Shown here piece by piece: positions 40,009 through 40,721 of a stretch of DNA of 40,721 nt. The stretch's first letter is position 1, and the number at the start of each line of letters is the position of its first letter. The DNA comes from an uncultured Pseudorhodobacter sp. (GTDB lineage Bacteria > Pseudomonadota > Alphaproteobacteria > Rhodobacterales > Rhodobacteraceae): positions 1 to 40,721 of the forward strand of contig CALEMZ010000459.1 in the NCBI GenBank assembly GCA_937910975.1. Reading direction: 5' to 3'. Position numbers and translations under genes: made by a program. Under the pieces are notes generated by a model. The model worked only from the letters and a program-made list of their open reading frames with translations, was not told where the DNA came from and did not search any database.

Positions 40009-40403
40009 ACCCCCGGCCCCGCATTCGCAATTATATGGCAACGGAGCTGACGCTGCTGCGCCCCGAGATGGAAATTCTCCATGCTATGGAAATTTTGCTG
40101 GAAAAGCGCATTTCGGGCGCGCCGGTCGTTGATACGGAAGGTGCCGTGGTCGGTGTTCTCTCCAAGAAGGACTGTTTACGCGCGGCGCTGAATGCCGCGT
40201 ATTTTCAGGAATGGGGCAGCCCGGTGGCGGGCTTCATGAGCACCAAGGTGGAGGTGCTGGAGGCCGATATGGACCTTGTCGCCGCGGCAGAGCGCTTTCT
40301 AGCCAGCAACTACCGCCGTTTTCCAGTGCTGCAGGAAGGCCGTCTGGTCGGACAGATCAGCCGCGCCGACCTGCTGCGTGCGCTGGTCGAAAACTGGCGT
40401 TAG
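40005..40403 (+). CDS. Stand-alone CBS-pair protein
   Basis: ISGAPVVD...VGVLSKKD and RRFPVL...VGQISRAD; ATGA overlap with nqrM. Confidence 0.9.
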   Translation: MNPRPRIRNYMATELTLLRPEMEILHAMEILLEKRISGAPVVDTEGAVVGVLSKKDCLRAALNAAYFQEWGSPVAGFMSTKVEVLEADMDLVAAAERFLASNYRRFPVLQEGRLVGQISRADLLRALVENWR

Positions 40404-40462
40404 AACGCAACGCCCCCTCGCCTGCTTTCATTTCAAGTTGCAGATACTGCCAGAAGGCGGCG

Positions 40463-40721
40463 TCAGCGCACCACATGTACCGAGCATTGTGCATGGCGCA
40501 CCACCCGGCTCGCTGTGCTGCCCAGAAAGTAATCCTGCAGGCCCGGACGATGCGAATCGAGGACGATGCAGTCGACCAGATTTTCTTCGGCCCAATCCAG
40601 AATGGTGCGGCTGGAATGGCCTTCGACCAGCACGCCAACCCCATGGTCAAACCGGGCTGCCAACCCGTCAAGCCGGTTGCGGATCGCTTCTCTCAGGCCC
40701 AAGTCATACTTTGCCGGCACA
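40463..40721 (-). CDS. Universal stress protein, 3' part (truncated by window)
   Basis: EGHSSRTIL...DCIVLDSHRPGLQDYFLGSTASRVVRHAQCSVHVVR. Confidence 0.9.
   Translation of the reverse strand, partial: VPAKYDLGLREAIRNRLDGLAARFDHGVGVLVEGHSSRTILDWAEENLVDCIVLDSHRPGLQDYFLGSTASRVVRHAQCSVHVVR

Overview
High-GC alphaproteobacterial chromosome segment, Rhodobacteraceae-like by gene content (inference), with about 40 CDS. I found no rRNA, tRNA, CRISPR array, transposase or integrase. Housekeeping and metabolic genes: partial beta-carbonic anhydrase, M17 aminopeptidase + NlpC/P60, TetR + DevBCA-type exporter, SDR, creatinase, L,D-transpeptidase, panBC, M20 deacylase, DUF2339, GMC oxidoreductase, Ca2+/Na+ antiporter, dapD, LOG, mbfA with an Irr box. 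Two loci stand out. (1) 13821-20924 is an eight-gene operon of unknown function behind a sigma32-like promoter. It encodes a TelA-like coiled-coil protein, a classical-clade AAA ATPase with a non-canonical Walker B (DD), two large soluble unknowns and four membrane proteins, and is a candidate envelope-stress or membrane-remodelling machine. (2) 32326-40403 is an FNR-box-preceded operon: periplasmic pentaheme cytochrome c, nqrABCDEF, apbE, nqrM and a CBS protein. Its NqrB is shortened to 270 aa and lacks the covalent-FMN loop and the GGxWE quinone-site motif, suggesting an NQR rewired to exchange electrons with the cytochrome. Smaller observations: a 58-aa secreted peptide missing from the ORF track, under three tandem TetR-type operators; a His-less HPt-like protein; a family of hairpin+tail intergenic repeats; two candidate structured RNA leaders; a zinc-ribbon gene with a probable ATG>AAG start loss. 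Family names come from motif recognition only; no database searches were run.
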